Shown here piece by piece: positions 11,385-21,103 of a DNA stretch of 64,000 nt. A model generated the notes under the pieces. The model ran no database searches. It saw only the letters and a list, made by a program, of their open reading frames with translations, and was not told the origin of the DNA. The stretch comes from an uncultured Spirochaetota bacterium (lineage in GTDB: Bacteria > Spirochaetota > Brevinematia > Brevinematales > JAOACQ01): positions 1,568,001-1,632,000 of the forward strand of contig CAVYGN010000001.1 of assembly GCA_963768055.1 (NCBI GenBank), read 5' to 3'. A program made the translations under genes and the position numbers. Within the stretch, counting starts at the first letter, position 1, and each line of letters opens with the position of its first letter.

Positions 11385-12330
11385 TCGGAATTTCCCATTT
11401 AGCATCTTTGGACTCCAAAAATCCAGTTCCCAATGCTTTCTACCAATATTTTATCAACCTTATCAGGACATTTCAACATAAATTTCATATCTTTCCAGTC
11501 TAAGACGGACTGATAAACCTTCAAATTCATTCTTTTCATAAAATACGACAACAGGCACCCCTTGTTTTTTTCATTACAGTCAATCCTTACACTCTTTCCA
11601 AAGTCATAGATCGGAATCGTTCTATCCTTTCAAGTATTGCTTCAAACAGTTCCTTTGGAACAGCAACTTCAGCCATCTGAAATATCGTATTCCGGGCATG
11701 GCTTACTACCTTCGCCCCGATCTTGATCAGCTTTTCACGGAGAGTTGTCAATGACCAGTGCCGAATAGCCCGCGGTAGGGCGACCCTGCGAAGGAAGTTC
11801 CCAAGGTTATATGCAAGAGCGAACAATTGTAGTCTTACCTGATTGTCAGCAAAATTGTGGCATGACAGCCTTGTCCATTTGATAGCGTTCTTTCCTTCCT
11901 TGATCCACTGCTCCGCTGTTCCTCTCATGTTATAGAACCTGACAACCTTCTTCGGCTGCCATCGAAGATTTGTTACGATGAATCCGACGCGAGGAAACAA
12001 TTCTCCACGATGCCACTCAACCTTCGCTATTACACGGCATCCATGTTCCCAGCTTACCGCCTTGTAGAAGAAATCATGGTACAACACAACAGGAGCGAAG
12101 GACGGCCTTCCGACCGGGCGTTTAAGAAGATGCGCAATATTCTGCTGCAGAATATCGTTGGCGGGAAGCCGGATGGCATAAAAGAAATTCTCCGATTCAA
12201 GGTATTCGTAAATGTCCGGATTCGCGAAAGCGGCATCACCTCGGAAGTAGCAATCCAGATTCTGATTCCTATATCTTTCTACAATAGGTTTAAGCATTGT
12301 TTTCCAGTCATGAGCGCTATGGACGTTTCC
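11385..12330 (-). mobile_element. Truncated IS1380-family element (3' half of the DDE transposase plus probable right end)
   Basis: GNVHSAHDW, FRGDAAF, YAIRLPAN, KVEWHRGELFPRVGFIVTN, FYNMRGTAEQWIKEGK; frame runs 12330-11587; 5' half missing; candidate terminal repeat ATGGGAAATTCCGA at 11398-11385 is inferred. Confidence 0.85.
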
Positions 12331-12334
12331 TTAG

Positions 12335-12541
12335 TCAAAGGGCCAAATAACCATACCAAGGAATTTACGGGAAAAATTTAATATCAGGCAGGATACTACG
12401 CTTGAAATAGAGGATGAAAACGGAAAAATCGTGATTAAAAAAAGCAATAAACAAAATAAAAAAAATATTTTCGAGAAATTTCGGGGAATAGCCACCGTAA
12501 AAATGACTACCGATGAAATCATGAAATTAACAAGAGGTTGA
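12335..12541 (+). pseudogene. AbrB/MazE/SpoVT-family antitoxin, 5'-truncated
   Basis: Not in ORF track. Frame reads SKGQITIPRNLREKFNIRQDTTLEIEDENGKIVIKK...MTTDEIMKLTRG*, preceded by in-frame TAG and with no start before the AbrB motif. Confidence 0.8.
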
Positions 12542-12543
12542 GG

Positions 12544-12948
12544 GTGAAGGCATTGGTAGATTCAAATATTATTCTCGATATCTTTGAAAACGACAACCGA
12601 TGGTATAATTGGTCTTCAAGCATCCTCGACAAGTACTCTGAAGATTATCAATTATTCATCAATCCGGTCATTTATACTGAAATTTCGATCGGCTTCGACG
12701 GCATCGAACTTCTGGAATCAAGTATTATAAAATGCGGTTTCAAATTTGCCGAAATTCCGAGAGAAGCGCTCTTTCTTGCAGAAAAAGCGTTTATAAAATA
12801 CAGAAAAGAAAAGGGTAATAAAACTATGCCGCTGCCTGATTTCTATATTGGCGCGCATGCAGCTGTGGCCGGAATGGTATTGATTACCAGAGATGTGCGG
12901 CGAGTTCGCCATTATTTTCCAACTGTAAAAATTGTAAGTCCGGAATAG
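12544..12948 (+). CDS. vapC: PIN-domain (VapC-type) toxin
   Basis: LVDSNIILD, VIYTEIS, LPDFYIGAHA, LITRD; GTG start right after the antitoxin stop. Confidence 0.88.
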   Translation: MKALVDSNIILDIFENDNRWYNWSSSILDKYSEDYQLFINPVIYTEISIGFDGIELLESSIIKCGFKFAEIPREALFLAEKAFIKYRKEKGNKTMPLPDFYIGAHAAVAGMVLITRDVRRVRHYFPTVKIVSPE

Positions 12949-12986
12949 TATGCAATTTAATAATAACGAAAAAGAGAGGGTATTCT

Positions 12987-13181
12987 GTGCTTAGTAAAAC
13001 CGCCGAAATCTTTTATAAATGCGACAATTACTATAATCCGTCTCATAAGGCGGGGATTAATTATATGGACCCTGAACTGAATATCGATTGGAAAATCAAT
13101 ACGGGTGAAATAGTTATTTCGAAAAAAGATTCGAACCTTCCTCTATTTAAGTATGCCGCCAATAATTTATTTTCGGAGAGG
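12987..13181 (+). pseudogene. C-terminal fragment of dTDP-4-dehydrorhamnose 3,5-epimerase
   Basis: LSKTAEIFYKCDNYYNPSHKAGINYMDPELNIDWKI...ISKKDSNLPL matches the C-terminus of the intact rmlC at 35108-35674; end approximate. Confidence 0.85.
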
Positions 13182-13207
13182 AACAATGAAATCAGCACCT
13201 TTAAATA

Positions 13208-14425
13208 TTATATTTTTTCTAAAATTAATTTTATAGTATTTACTACGTATTCGGCTTCATTATCAGTCATCTTAGAGTAAATAGGAAGGCTGATCTCATT
13301 TTCATACATTCGATATGTATTTGGATAATTATTAATGCTATAACCAAGTTTTTTGTAATACGGATGCATTACCACCGGGATAAAATGGACATTGGATGAT
13401 ATCCCTTTTTCCGCCAGCCGGTTTATCAATTCGGACCTGGATTTTTCATTAAAGTTTTTTATCCTCAAGGGATATAAATGATTATTGCCTTTTTTATTAT
13501 TACCCCTGAAAGGGGGAATTATAAATCTGTCATCTTTACAAAAACTTTTGTCATATATAGCGGCCACTTTATTTCTCGCAGGCTGCATTTCTGTTTCAAA
13601 TCTTTTAAGCTGAACCAGCCCGATCGATGCGGCAATGTCAGTCATATTGCATTTATAGCCGGGTAATTCAATCGAATAATGCCAACTACCAGCTTTCATC
13701 TTATCAAGCGCGTCTTTGCTCTGCCCATGCAGCGATAATAACTGCAGCTGCCGATAGATATTCCCGGCTTCCGATATATTTGAAGAATTGAAAGCGACAG
13801 CGCCCCCTTCGGCGGTTGTAAGGTTTTTAACTGCATGGAAGGAAAAAACAGAGAAATCCGCTGCTGAACCGACTTTCTTGCCGTTATATTCCGAACCGAA
13901 CGAATGAGCCGCATCGGCTAATACTAAGGGACAATACAATCTTTCTTGAAGTGTCCCCTTTTTGGGCTTGAATTTTTTTTTTGAATCTATCAGGACCTGC
14001 CTGATCGATTCATAATCGCAGGGCCAGCCGCCGAAATCTACAGGCATGACAGCCTTTGTCCTGGAGGTAATCGCTTTTGAAACAGCTTCCGGGTTGATAT
14101 TAAAATCGTCCTTTTTTATATCGACAAAAACCGGTTTTGCTCCGCAATGAAGTATGACATTTGAAGTAGCCGCATAAGTATAAGGGGTTGTGATCACTTC
14201 ATCGCCGGGTCCTATATCCATCAACCTTAGAATGAGTTCCATTCCGGCCGTTGCAGAATTCAGGCATATTGCTTTTTCCGTTCCGCAATACTCCGATATT
14301 TCCTTTTCAAACCGTTTTGTTTTCGGCCCCGTGGTTATCCACCCCGATTTCAGGGTGTCGGCGACTTCGTCTATTTCCGCCCGGGTTATATCGGGAGGTG
14401 AAAATGGGATTTTAATTCCTTCCAT
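13208..14425 (-). CDS. DegT/DnrJ/EryC1/StrS sugar aminotransferase
   Basis: SGWITTGPKT, NSATAG, DAAHS, FSFHAVKNLTTAEGG, ISLPIY. Confidence 0.9.
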   Translation of the reverse strand: MEGIKIPFSPPDITRAEIDEVADTLKSGWITTGPKTKRFEKEISEYCGTEKAICLNSATAGMELILRLMDIGPGDEVITTPYTYAATSNVILHCGAKPVFVDIKKDDFNINPEAVSKAITSRTKAVMPVDFGGWPCDYESIRQVLIDSKKKFKPKKGTLQERLYCPLVLADAAHSFGSEYNGKKVGSAADFSVFSFHAVKNLTTAEGGAVAFNSSNISEAGNIYRQLQLLSLHGQSKDALDKMKAGSWHYSIELPGYKCNMTDIAASIGLVQLKRFETEMQPARNKVAAIYDKSFCKDDRFIIPPFRGNNKKGNNHLYPLRIKNFNEKSRSELINRLAEKGISSNVHFIPVVMHPYYKKLGYSINNYPNTYRMYENEISLPIYSKMTDNEAEYVVNTIKLILEKI

Positions 14426-14501
14426 TTATATATCTCCGGTTTTTTATCTTTAACCTGTCATATTTATCGGCAGGATAGTAATCAAAGTTCTTCCCGCCCT
14501 A

Positions 14502-14530
14502 TGGACAATTTCAACCAAGTTTTATATAAT
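14502..14530 (+). promoter_or_regulatory. sigma70-type promoter of the MNT-HEPN pair
   Basis: TGGACA-17 nt-TATAAT directly upstream of the nucleotidyltransferase pseudogene. Confidence 0.6.
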
Positions 14531-14557
14531 ATGTGAAACTTGAAATTAGGTTTTAAA

Positions 14558-14847
14558 ATACGATTATCTCCCTATGAAATAAGGATAATCCAGGAAGCGA
14601 TTTTAAAGCATGATCCCAAAGCTAAAATTTTCCTTTTCGGATCAAGGGCGGATGACAATAAAAAAGGCGGCGACATCGACCTTCTCATATTTTCGAAATT
14701 TTTAAATACACCGATAGACTGAAAATAAAAGCTGAGATCTATGATAAAATTGACTGGCAGAAGATAGACCTTGTTGTAACATCAGACGGCCTGGAAACTT
14801 TTGTTAAAATGATATTAAAAGAGAGCGTACCACTATGGCCCCAATAA
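14558..14847 (+). pseudogene. Minimal nucleotidyltransferase (MNT) antitoxin, frameshifted
   Basis: IRLSPYEI (likely ATG>ATA start), LFGSRADDNKKGGDIDLLI; frameshift near 14710, after which another frame continues DRLKIKAEIYDKIDWQKIDLVV...ILKESVPL. Confidence 0.75.
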
Positions 14848-15056
14848 AATCGGAATTTTTAAAGGAAGAACTGGAAATTTTGGACGGGTCTGTTAAAACA
14901 CTTGAATATTCCTATCAAATATGTAACAGCATCGGGATAAAAAATGAATTTATACAGGACAACCAATCGTTATCGGATTTCGGAGTTATAGGGGGGCCCC
15001 TTTACCAGCTGACGATTAGATCAATAAAAAAAGGGCCTTTCACAGATTGCGATTAG
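14835..15056 (+). pseudogene. Chimera: N-terminus of probable HEPN-type MNT partner fused to an internal rmlC fragment
   Basis: Helical N-terminus overlapping the MNT end (HEPN identity inferred from position); from 14934 GIKNEFIQDNQSLSDFGVIGG matches rmlC GIKNEFVQDNQSLSGFGVIRG. Confidence 0.65.
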
Positions 15057-15069
15057 AACAGGCGGTGTA

Positions 15070-15891
15070 TTATGATCTTATAAAATCATCGAATCTTGAT
15101 TTATTGCCTGTACCGAAAAGTAAAAAGCTTTTCGGGCTTTCAAATAAGTATTCGGATGTGTGAGGGTAAGGGAAGTGGTTTTTTACAAGGTCTTTACGGA
15201 CAAAAAAAGCGTCATCACCGGTAATGTTGCATGCGACAAGATCATATCCCTTCTTTTGAGCTAATAATTCCAGCGACTTCAAACTTGCCCCGTAATAATT
15301 TGATTTATCCCAAATATGCTTTGGATTGTAATTCATAATCCATTTATTTTCAGCATTAAAAGTAGAATTATATTCAATACCGACAACCTTCGGATTGTAA
15401 TTTTTAATAGCTTCCCAGACATAGTAATCATTACCGTCTATATCGATTAAGAGCAAATCTAAATCTCGCGGTACATTTAATTCCTTAAATAATAATTCGA
15501 TATTATCTTTTGTTATAAAAGCGTTTTTTATTTTCAGCATTCCGTTCTGGATCAAGCAGTTATGAGTTTTATTAATTTTTTTTATATTTTTTATACTGCC
15601 GTCCATCCAATAGCCTTTCCATCCATTTATCAATAAATTCAAACTATTATTTTCCACGCCCTTCTCGACCCCAAAATCGACCAAACAACCCTTCTCAATA
15701 CCCAACCTTTTAAATATTTCATTTAATATGCCATCCTGATCGAATTGAGAATATACTTTGTAGCCGTATTTAATCAGGCTTTTATCCTTGTCATATTTTG
15801 AGCTTTTTAATAAATCATTATAGACATAAAGAGAAAACAAATATGGAAACCTGAAGACATTCCTCAAAAAGGTCCTGAAGAATTCCAGCAT
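15070..15891 (-). CDS. FkbM-like / Methyltransf_21 SAM-dependent methyltransferase
   Basis: KVYSQFDQDGIL, VDFGV, LLLIDIDGNDYYVW, IEYNS, YGASL. Confidence 0.7.
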   Translation of the reverse strand: MLEFFRTFLRNVFRFPYLFSLYVYNDLLKSSKYDKDKSLIKYGYKVYSQFDQDGILNEIFKRLGIEKGCLVDFGVEKGVENNSLNLLINGWKGYWMDGSIKNIKKINKTHNCLIQNGMLKIKNAFITKDNIELLFKELNVPRDLDLLLIDIDGNDYYVWEAIKNYNPKVVGIEYNSTFNAENKWIMNYNPKHIWDKSNYYGASLKSLELLAQKKGYDLVACNITGDDAFFVRKDLVKNHFPYPHTSEYLFESPKSFLLFGTGNKSRFDDFIRS

Positions 15892-16055
15892 ATTAATCCC
15901 CGTCTTAAGATTAGCGGATATTTTACCTAAATTAGAGGTTTAAGTCAAAAATATGAATAACAGTATTTTAAAAATTGAGACTTTCAATTATTTGAATTAT
16001 AATAAAATGTATCAATATTAGCACAATACAGTCGAAGTTCGCCGGGAACGAAATA

Positions 16056-17309
16056 ATGGCAATAAAAAAAATAAACAATATATTATTAAAACAGAAATCT
16101 ATCTGCATTCTAACTACTTCTTATCCAAAATGGAATGAAAAAAGCAATGAACTGGTCTTTGGTAAATTTGTCCATGATATGGCCAGATATCTTGTTAAAT
16201 ATGGCTTTGATGTCCATGTAGTTACGCATCATGGGGATTATACTCCGGCAGTAAGCCTGCATGACGGCGTGAATATACACAGGTTCCACTATTTCCCTTT
16301 CAAATTCGAAACATTGACCAGGGGTTCGGGGATCCCTGAAAATATTAAAAAAATAAAAAATATGATACAGATCCCTTTTTATTTCTTAGCCCTTTTTTTT
16401 ACCGCGTTAAAAGTTATCAAAAGATATAGAGTCGATTTTATCAATGCTCATTGGGCTTTCCCTACAGGCTTTATAGGTTTATTCTTGCGATCAGCGACAG
16501 GAAAAAAATTGATTACAACCATTTATGGCGCCGAGATATTTCCCGTTCTATCGGGAAAAATGAAATATATAAAACCGTTTTTAAAAATGTCTTTAAAAGG
16601 GGCGGATCTGGTAGCCGGAATAAGCCGGGAAACTGTTTCCGCCGCTAAAAATATTTATAACCGGGAAATTCATATAATCCCCGATGGAATAGATATGACT
16701 TATTACAGTCCCGGGCTGCATGATGAAAGTATCCTGGAAAAATTCCGTGCAAAAAATAAAAAAGTGTTATTTTTCACAGGAAGGATGGTGGAAAGAAAGG
16801 GCCACAGGTATTTGCTGGAATCGATAAAATATATAAAATTAAAATATCCCGATATAAAGTTGATCCTTGGCGGACAGGGACCATTATTTGACGAGTTAAA
16901 TAAATTTCGTATTGAAATGGGATTGGAAGATCATATTGAAATGCCTGGATTCTTGCCGGAAGAAGAAATTGTCCCATTGTTACGGTCAATATTCCTTTAT
17001 ATTCTGCCTTCCTGCATTGATAAGAATGGCGATACTGAAGGCTCCGCGACAGCTGCGTTCGAAGCTATGGCCTGCGGAACTCCGGCTATCATCAGCAAAG
17101 TCGGTGGCAACATTAATTCAATAATAGACGGCCAGGGGGCTTATTATTTTGAACCGGGTAATTCCGTCGACCTGGCGGAAAAAATCCAGTATCTATTAAG
17201 TAATGGAGAAATTTACCAAACAAACCGGCTCCTCGCACGGAAATATATACAGGAAAATTATTCCTGGGAAAAATCTATTGAAAAATACAAAAAGTTAATG
17301 GAACTATAA
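16056..17309 (+). CDS. Glycosyltransferase family 4
   Basis: NAHWAFPTG, GRMVERKG, DTEG...EAMACGTP. Confidence 0.88.
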   Translation: MAIKKINNILLKQKSICILTTSYPKWNEKSNELVFGKFVHDMARYLVKYGFDVHVVTHHGDYTPAVSLHDGVNIHRFHYFPFKFETLTRGSGIPENIKKIKNMIQIPFYFLALFFTALKVIKRYRVDFINAHWAFPTGFIGLFLRSATGKKLITTIYGAEIFPVLSGKMKYIKPFLKMSLKGADLVAGISRETVSAAKNIYNREIHIIPDGIDMTYYSPGLHDESILEKFRAKNKKVLFFTGRMVERKGHRYLLESIKYIKLKYPDIKLILGGQGPLFDELNKFRIEMGLEDHIEMPGFLPEEEIVPLLRSIFLYILPSCIDKNGDTEGSATAAFEAMACGTPAIISKVGGNINSIIDGQGAYYFEPGNSVDLAEKIQYLLSNGEIYQTNRLLARKYIQENYSWEKSIEKYKKLMEL

Positions 17310-17325
17310 TAAATTTGGAGAAAAT

Positions 17326-18126
17326 ATGAATTCTAAAATAAATGATGACCGGGTTGAAAAAAGAAAACTCTCTTTTCTGACTGTCTATTATTACTGGCTG
17401 GATAAAGAAGCCTATCTGAAGTCAAAGAATTATATTTCCATTTTGAGAACTTATGACGAGCTTTCCGAAAATGAATATTTTTTTAAAATCGGATATAAGA
17501 CCTTCCTTATTGATTTGATTAAATCAAAGGATGAAATATATTCGGCATTCGATCATAAAAGACAGATTAATAAGGCAATAAAAAGCGGCATGTTGATAAA
17601 ACAGGCGGTATCATATGAGGAGAAATTGAATTTCTTTAATTTCTATCAAAAATTCGCTGAAGATCCGAAAAGGAAAGACCAAATCCTCGTCCTTCAAAAA
17701 AATGAACTTGAAAAATTGGCAATATTTTATGCCGTTTCCGCTGAAAGGGAATATCTTGGAGGTATAGGACTGCTCTCTTCTTTTGATAACCGTTATTTAT
17801 TGTATAAATACGGCGCTACCGTGCATAGGTGCAACGAAAGCGAATATCTGATGTGGAATGCGATCCAATATGCGAAAGATAACGGATACTCCTTTTTCGA
17901 TACGAGCTGGTTTCAACCGACAGAAGATAAAAACAGCGTCTTGTACCGGCTATATCAATTTAAAAAAAAGTTCGGCGGAGACTGTGTCGACTTCTATACA
18001 TATGTAAATTTAGGGCAGCCCTTTATAATACCGGGTTTATTATTTAAGTTCATATTAAAATATTTTTTTAAAGGTAATTTACACAATCTGACTTTATTTT
18101 TAAAAAAGTTACATTTTTTTAAATAG
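17326..18126 (+). CDS. FemAB/GNAT-fold acyl or aminoacyl transferase-like protein
   Basis: FLIDL...RQINKAIKSG, LMWNAIQYAKDNGYSFFD, YQFKKKFGG. Confidence 0.65.
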   Translation: MNSKINDDRVEKRKLSFLTVYYYWLDKEAYLKSKNYISILRTYDELSENEYFFKIGYKTFLIDLIKSKDEIYSAFDHKRQINKAIKSGMLIKQAVSYEEKLNFFNFYQKFAEDPKRKDQILVLQKNELEKLAIFYAVSAEREYLGGIGLLSSFDNRYLLYKYGATVHRCNESEYLMWNAIQYAKDNGYSFFDTSWFQPTEDKNSVLYRLYQFKKKFGGDCVDFYTYVNLGQPFIIPGLLFKFILKYFFKGNLHNLTLFLKKLHFFK

Positions 18127-18150
18127 AAATAGGAAAGGAGTTTGATAATA

Positions 18151-18858
18151 ATGAAAAATTCAAGGCTTGATATTAACAAAATAAATTGCATGTTTTACAG
18201 CGGGGGTGCGCAGGTCAACTTCTATAAAAACGAATATATTGAACTGATGCCGCCTGAAAAGGTATTGTTCCCGAAATATATTAAAAGAGGCCACTCGGTT
18301 CTGGATCTTGGCTGCGGTACAGGAAGAACAACAAGTTATATACATACAATCGCGGAAAAAATAATCGGCACAGATATCTCTGAAGCTATGATTGAAACCG
18401 CAAAGGGTAAATTTAAGGATATAGATTTCAGAGTCATGGACGCAAGCCGTCTTGAATTTCCCGATAACACATTTGATATTGTGGTTTTTTCTTTTAACGG
18501 CCTTTGTCTGCTGTATCCTGAAGAATTGAGGATAAAGTCAATAAAAGAGATTTACCGGGTCTTGAAAAAAAACGGCGTTTTTATTTTCAGTTCTCATAAC
18601 CGTTATCCTCCGTTAACTTTATCTTCAATAGTTAACCTTATTATAACAAAACTTTTTATGGGCTTTTCATCGAAATATAAAATTCACCTGACCAGATGCG
18701 GGATTTCAGTTAATTATGAGACTTCTCCCAAAGAAGAAACAGCTTTATTTCAAAATATGAATTTCGAATTGCTGGATATAATACCGATGACTCAAAAAAT
18801 TACTTTTTGGGGGTATAAACCGGCTGTATTGACCTATTATGCATTCAAAAAGTTTTAA
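18151..18858 (+). CDS. Class I SAM-dependent methyltransferase
   Basis: VLDLGCGTGR, GTDISEAM, DNTFDIV, EIYRVLKKNG. Confidence 0.85.
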   Translation: MKNSRLDINKINCMFYSGGAQVNFYKNEYIELMPPEKVLFPKYIKRGHSVLDLGCGTGRTTSYIHTIAEKIIGTDISEAMIETAKGKFKDIDFRVMDASRLEFPDNTFDIVVFSFNGLCLLYPEELRIKSIKEIYRVLKKNGVFIFSSHNRYPPLTLSSIVNLIITKLFMGFSSKYKIHLTRCGISVNYETSPKEETALFQNMNFELLDIIPMTQKITFWGYKPAVLTYYAFKKF

Positions 18859-18868
18859 AGGTTAATTT

Positions 18869-19864
18869 GTGGGGAAGTTAAAAAAATATATCAGACCGTT
18901 TGGTTATATATTAACCGTTTTGACCCTGGTTTATATAGTTAATATTTTTGTTCATTTCAATTGGAACACTCTTAAATTTCAACACCCTTTTATATCAATA
19001 TTTATCATTTTCGTTTTCGGATTATGGACCGCATTATACCTGTTAATCGGGGCATTCAACTGGAAATTGATCCTCGAGTTTGTTAACGGTTCCTCTATTC
19101 CGGCAAGGGATATATTTCAGGTTTTTTTGAAATCGAATATAGCCAAGTATCTTCCCGGTAATATTATGAACTATGCCGGGCGTAATTTTCTCGGCTTCAA
19201 ACTAGGATGGAAAAATTCGGAAATAGCTTTCAGCAGTTTATTGGAATACATCTTTGGCGCAGGAATGACCGGTTTAATTCTTATAATATGCATGTCAACC
19301 GGCCTTATTACAATTCCGCCGCAGATTTCACTAAATATCAATTTCCATAAATTACTTTTATATTCGGCAATAGCCGCCGCCGGCGCTGTTATTATTATTT
19401 CTTTTATTTATATCTATAGATATTTTATTAAAAAGGAAGAGCTTAGAGATACCTCAAAAAAGCTGCTGGAAAGAAGCAGGCAATTTTTTACTTTGAGATT
19501 CCTCGTTTTATTTGTCAAAATGTTTTTAATATCGTTATTCTGCTTTGTCATGAATTGCTTTTTTTATGTTTATTTATGTGATCTTGCGCTGGGCTTTCAT
19601 ATCAAGCCTTCCGATATTGTTAATTTTAACGCGGCCCTTACAATCGCGAATTACGCAAGTATAATCACTCCCGGCGTACCGGCCGGATTGGGCATAAAAG
19701 AGTCCTTATCATTTCTGATGATTTCAGCCTATGGATATCCTAAAGAAAGTCTCATAGTATCGTTGCTTGTATTCAGGCTGGTAAACATTTTGGGGGATGT
19801 CATGGCTTTTTGTATGGCTATGCCCTGGCGTGAAAAAATTGCAAGCAGGTCAGGATCTTCTTGA
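18869..19864 (+). CDS. Lysylphosphatidylglycerol-synthase TM domain / flippase-like membrane protein
   Basis: Multi-TM; SNIAKYLPGN, TPGVPAGLGIKE, LVFRLV motifs. Confidence 0.7.
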   Translation: MGKLKKYIRPFGYILTVLTLVYIVNIFVHFNWNTLKFQHPFISIFIIFVFGLWTALYLLIGAFNWKLILEFVNGSSIPARDIFQVFLKSNIAKYLPGNIMNYAGRNFLGFKLGWKNSEIAFSSLLEYIFGAGMTGLILIICMSTGLITIPPQISLNINFHKLLLYSAIAAAGAVIIISFIYIYRYFIKKEELRDTSKKLLERSRQFFTLRFLVLFVKMFLISLFCFVMNCFFYVYLCDLALGFHIKPSDIVNFNAALTIANYASIITPGVPAGLGIKESLSFLMISAYGYPKESLIVSLLVFRLVNILGDVMAFCMAMPWREKIASRSGSS

Positions 19865-19889
19865 AATATTATCGGGTTTGATTTATAAT
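19861..19889 (+). promoter_or_regulatory. sigma70-type promoter
   Basis: TTGAAA-17 nt-TATAAT upstream of the perosamine-synthetase-like gene. Confidence 0.5.
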
Positions 19890-19989
19890 TTACAGCATTT
19901 TTAAATATGATTCTTACAACCTTTATTAAACCGTTATTATCTATTTGGTTATTATTTTTATCAAGAATTTCAATTTTAAGGGGTATTAT

Positions 19990-21081
19990 TTGATCAGAAT
20001 TCCTGTTTATAAACCCGACCTTAGCGGAAATGAAAAGATATATGTAAATGAATGCCTTGATTCAAGCTGGATTTCGTCAAAGGGCGATTTCATACCCAGG
20101 TTTGAACAGGAATTTTCAAAATTTATCGGGGTAAAGCATTCCTCGACCGTCTCTAACGGAACTGTAGCCCTTCATCTCTCGCTGGTAGTACTCGGGATTG
20201 GGGCAGGCGATGAGATCATCGTACCGACTCTGACTTATATAGCTTCCGTAAACGCTATAGCCTATACCGGCGCCACCCCCGTTTTTGTCGATTCTCTTAT
20301 GGATTCATGGCAGATGGACCCTGAAGATATCAGGAAAAAGATCACCCCGAAAACCAGGGGAATTATGGTAGTACATCTCTACGGTCACCCTTGTGATATG
20401 GATCAAATAATAAAAATCGCCGGGGAACATGGCCTTTTTATAATTGAAGACTGCGCTGAAGCTTTCGGAAGCCTTTATAAGGGAAGGCATGTAGGAACAT
20501 ACGGGGATATATCCATATTCAGCTTTTTCGGCAATAAAACGGTTACCTGCGGCGAAGGCGGCATGGTTGTAACTAACGACGAGAAACTGCATAACAGCGT
20601 TGTGCATTATAAATCTCAGGGATTGGTTAAATACCGCACTTACTGGCATGATGTCATAGCTTATAACTACAGGATGACGAATATTTGTGCCGCTATCGGA
20701 CTCGCACAGTTGGAACGTGCCGCACAGTTTATCGAGAAAAAAAGACAGATCGCTTTATGGTATATAGACAATTTAAAAACATTGCCGGTTGAGTATCACA
20801 GGGAAAACGGAGATATCAGACACAATTACTGGATGTTCTCTATTTTAGTCAGCGATCCCCTTAATAGGGAACCTCTTTCTGTCTTCCTGGCTGAAAACGG
20901 CATTGAGACAAGACCGCTTTTCTACCCGGTTCATACTATGCCGATGTATTCACAAAATTCCCGGAAGTTTCCGGTTGCGGAAGAACTCGGAAGCAGGGGC
21001 ATTAATCTTCCAAGCTATCCAATGCTTACAAAAGATGATGTCGAATTTGTCTGCGGTAAGATAAAAGAATTTTACAGTTGA
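19990..21081 (+). CDS. GDP-perosamine synthetase-like DegT aminotransferase
   Basis: WISSKG, SNGTVALHL, EDCAEAFG, FSFFGNKTVTCGEGG, YNYRMTN, NLPSYP; probable TTG start at 19990. Confidence 0.82.
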   Translation: MIRIPVYKPDLSGNEKIYVNECLDSSWISSKGDFIPRFEQEFSKFIGVKHSSTVSNGTVALHLSLVVLGIGAGDEIIVPTLTYIASVNAIAYTGATPVFVDSLMDSWQMDPEDIRKKITPKTRGIMVVHLYGHPCDMDQIIKIAGEHGLFIIEDCAEAFGSLYKGRHVGTYGDISIFSFFGNKTVTCGEGGMVVTNDEKLHNSVVHYKSQGLVKYRTYWHDVIAYNYRMTNICAAIGLAQLERAAQFIEKKRQIALWYIDNLKTLPVEYHRENGDIRHNYWMFSILVSDPLNREPLSVFLAENGIETRPLFYPVHTMPMYSQNSRKFPVAEELGSRGINLPSYPMLTKDDVEFVCGKIKEFYS

Positions 21082-21103
21082 TTAAGTAAATTTTATTATT
21101 TTA

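Noticed and set aside
12987..13280. 97-aa ORF as a real gene
   Set aside because: It is an rmlC C-terminal fragment that reads on into the antisense strand of the aminotransferase.
11385..15056. Integron cassette array (TA genes plus short cassettes)
   Set aside because: No integrase and no recognisable attC sites between the genes.
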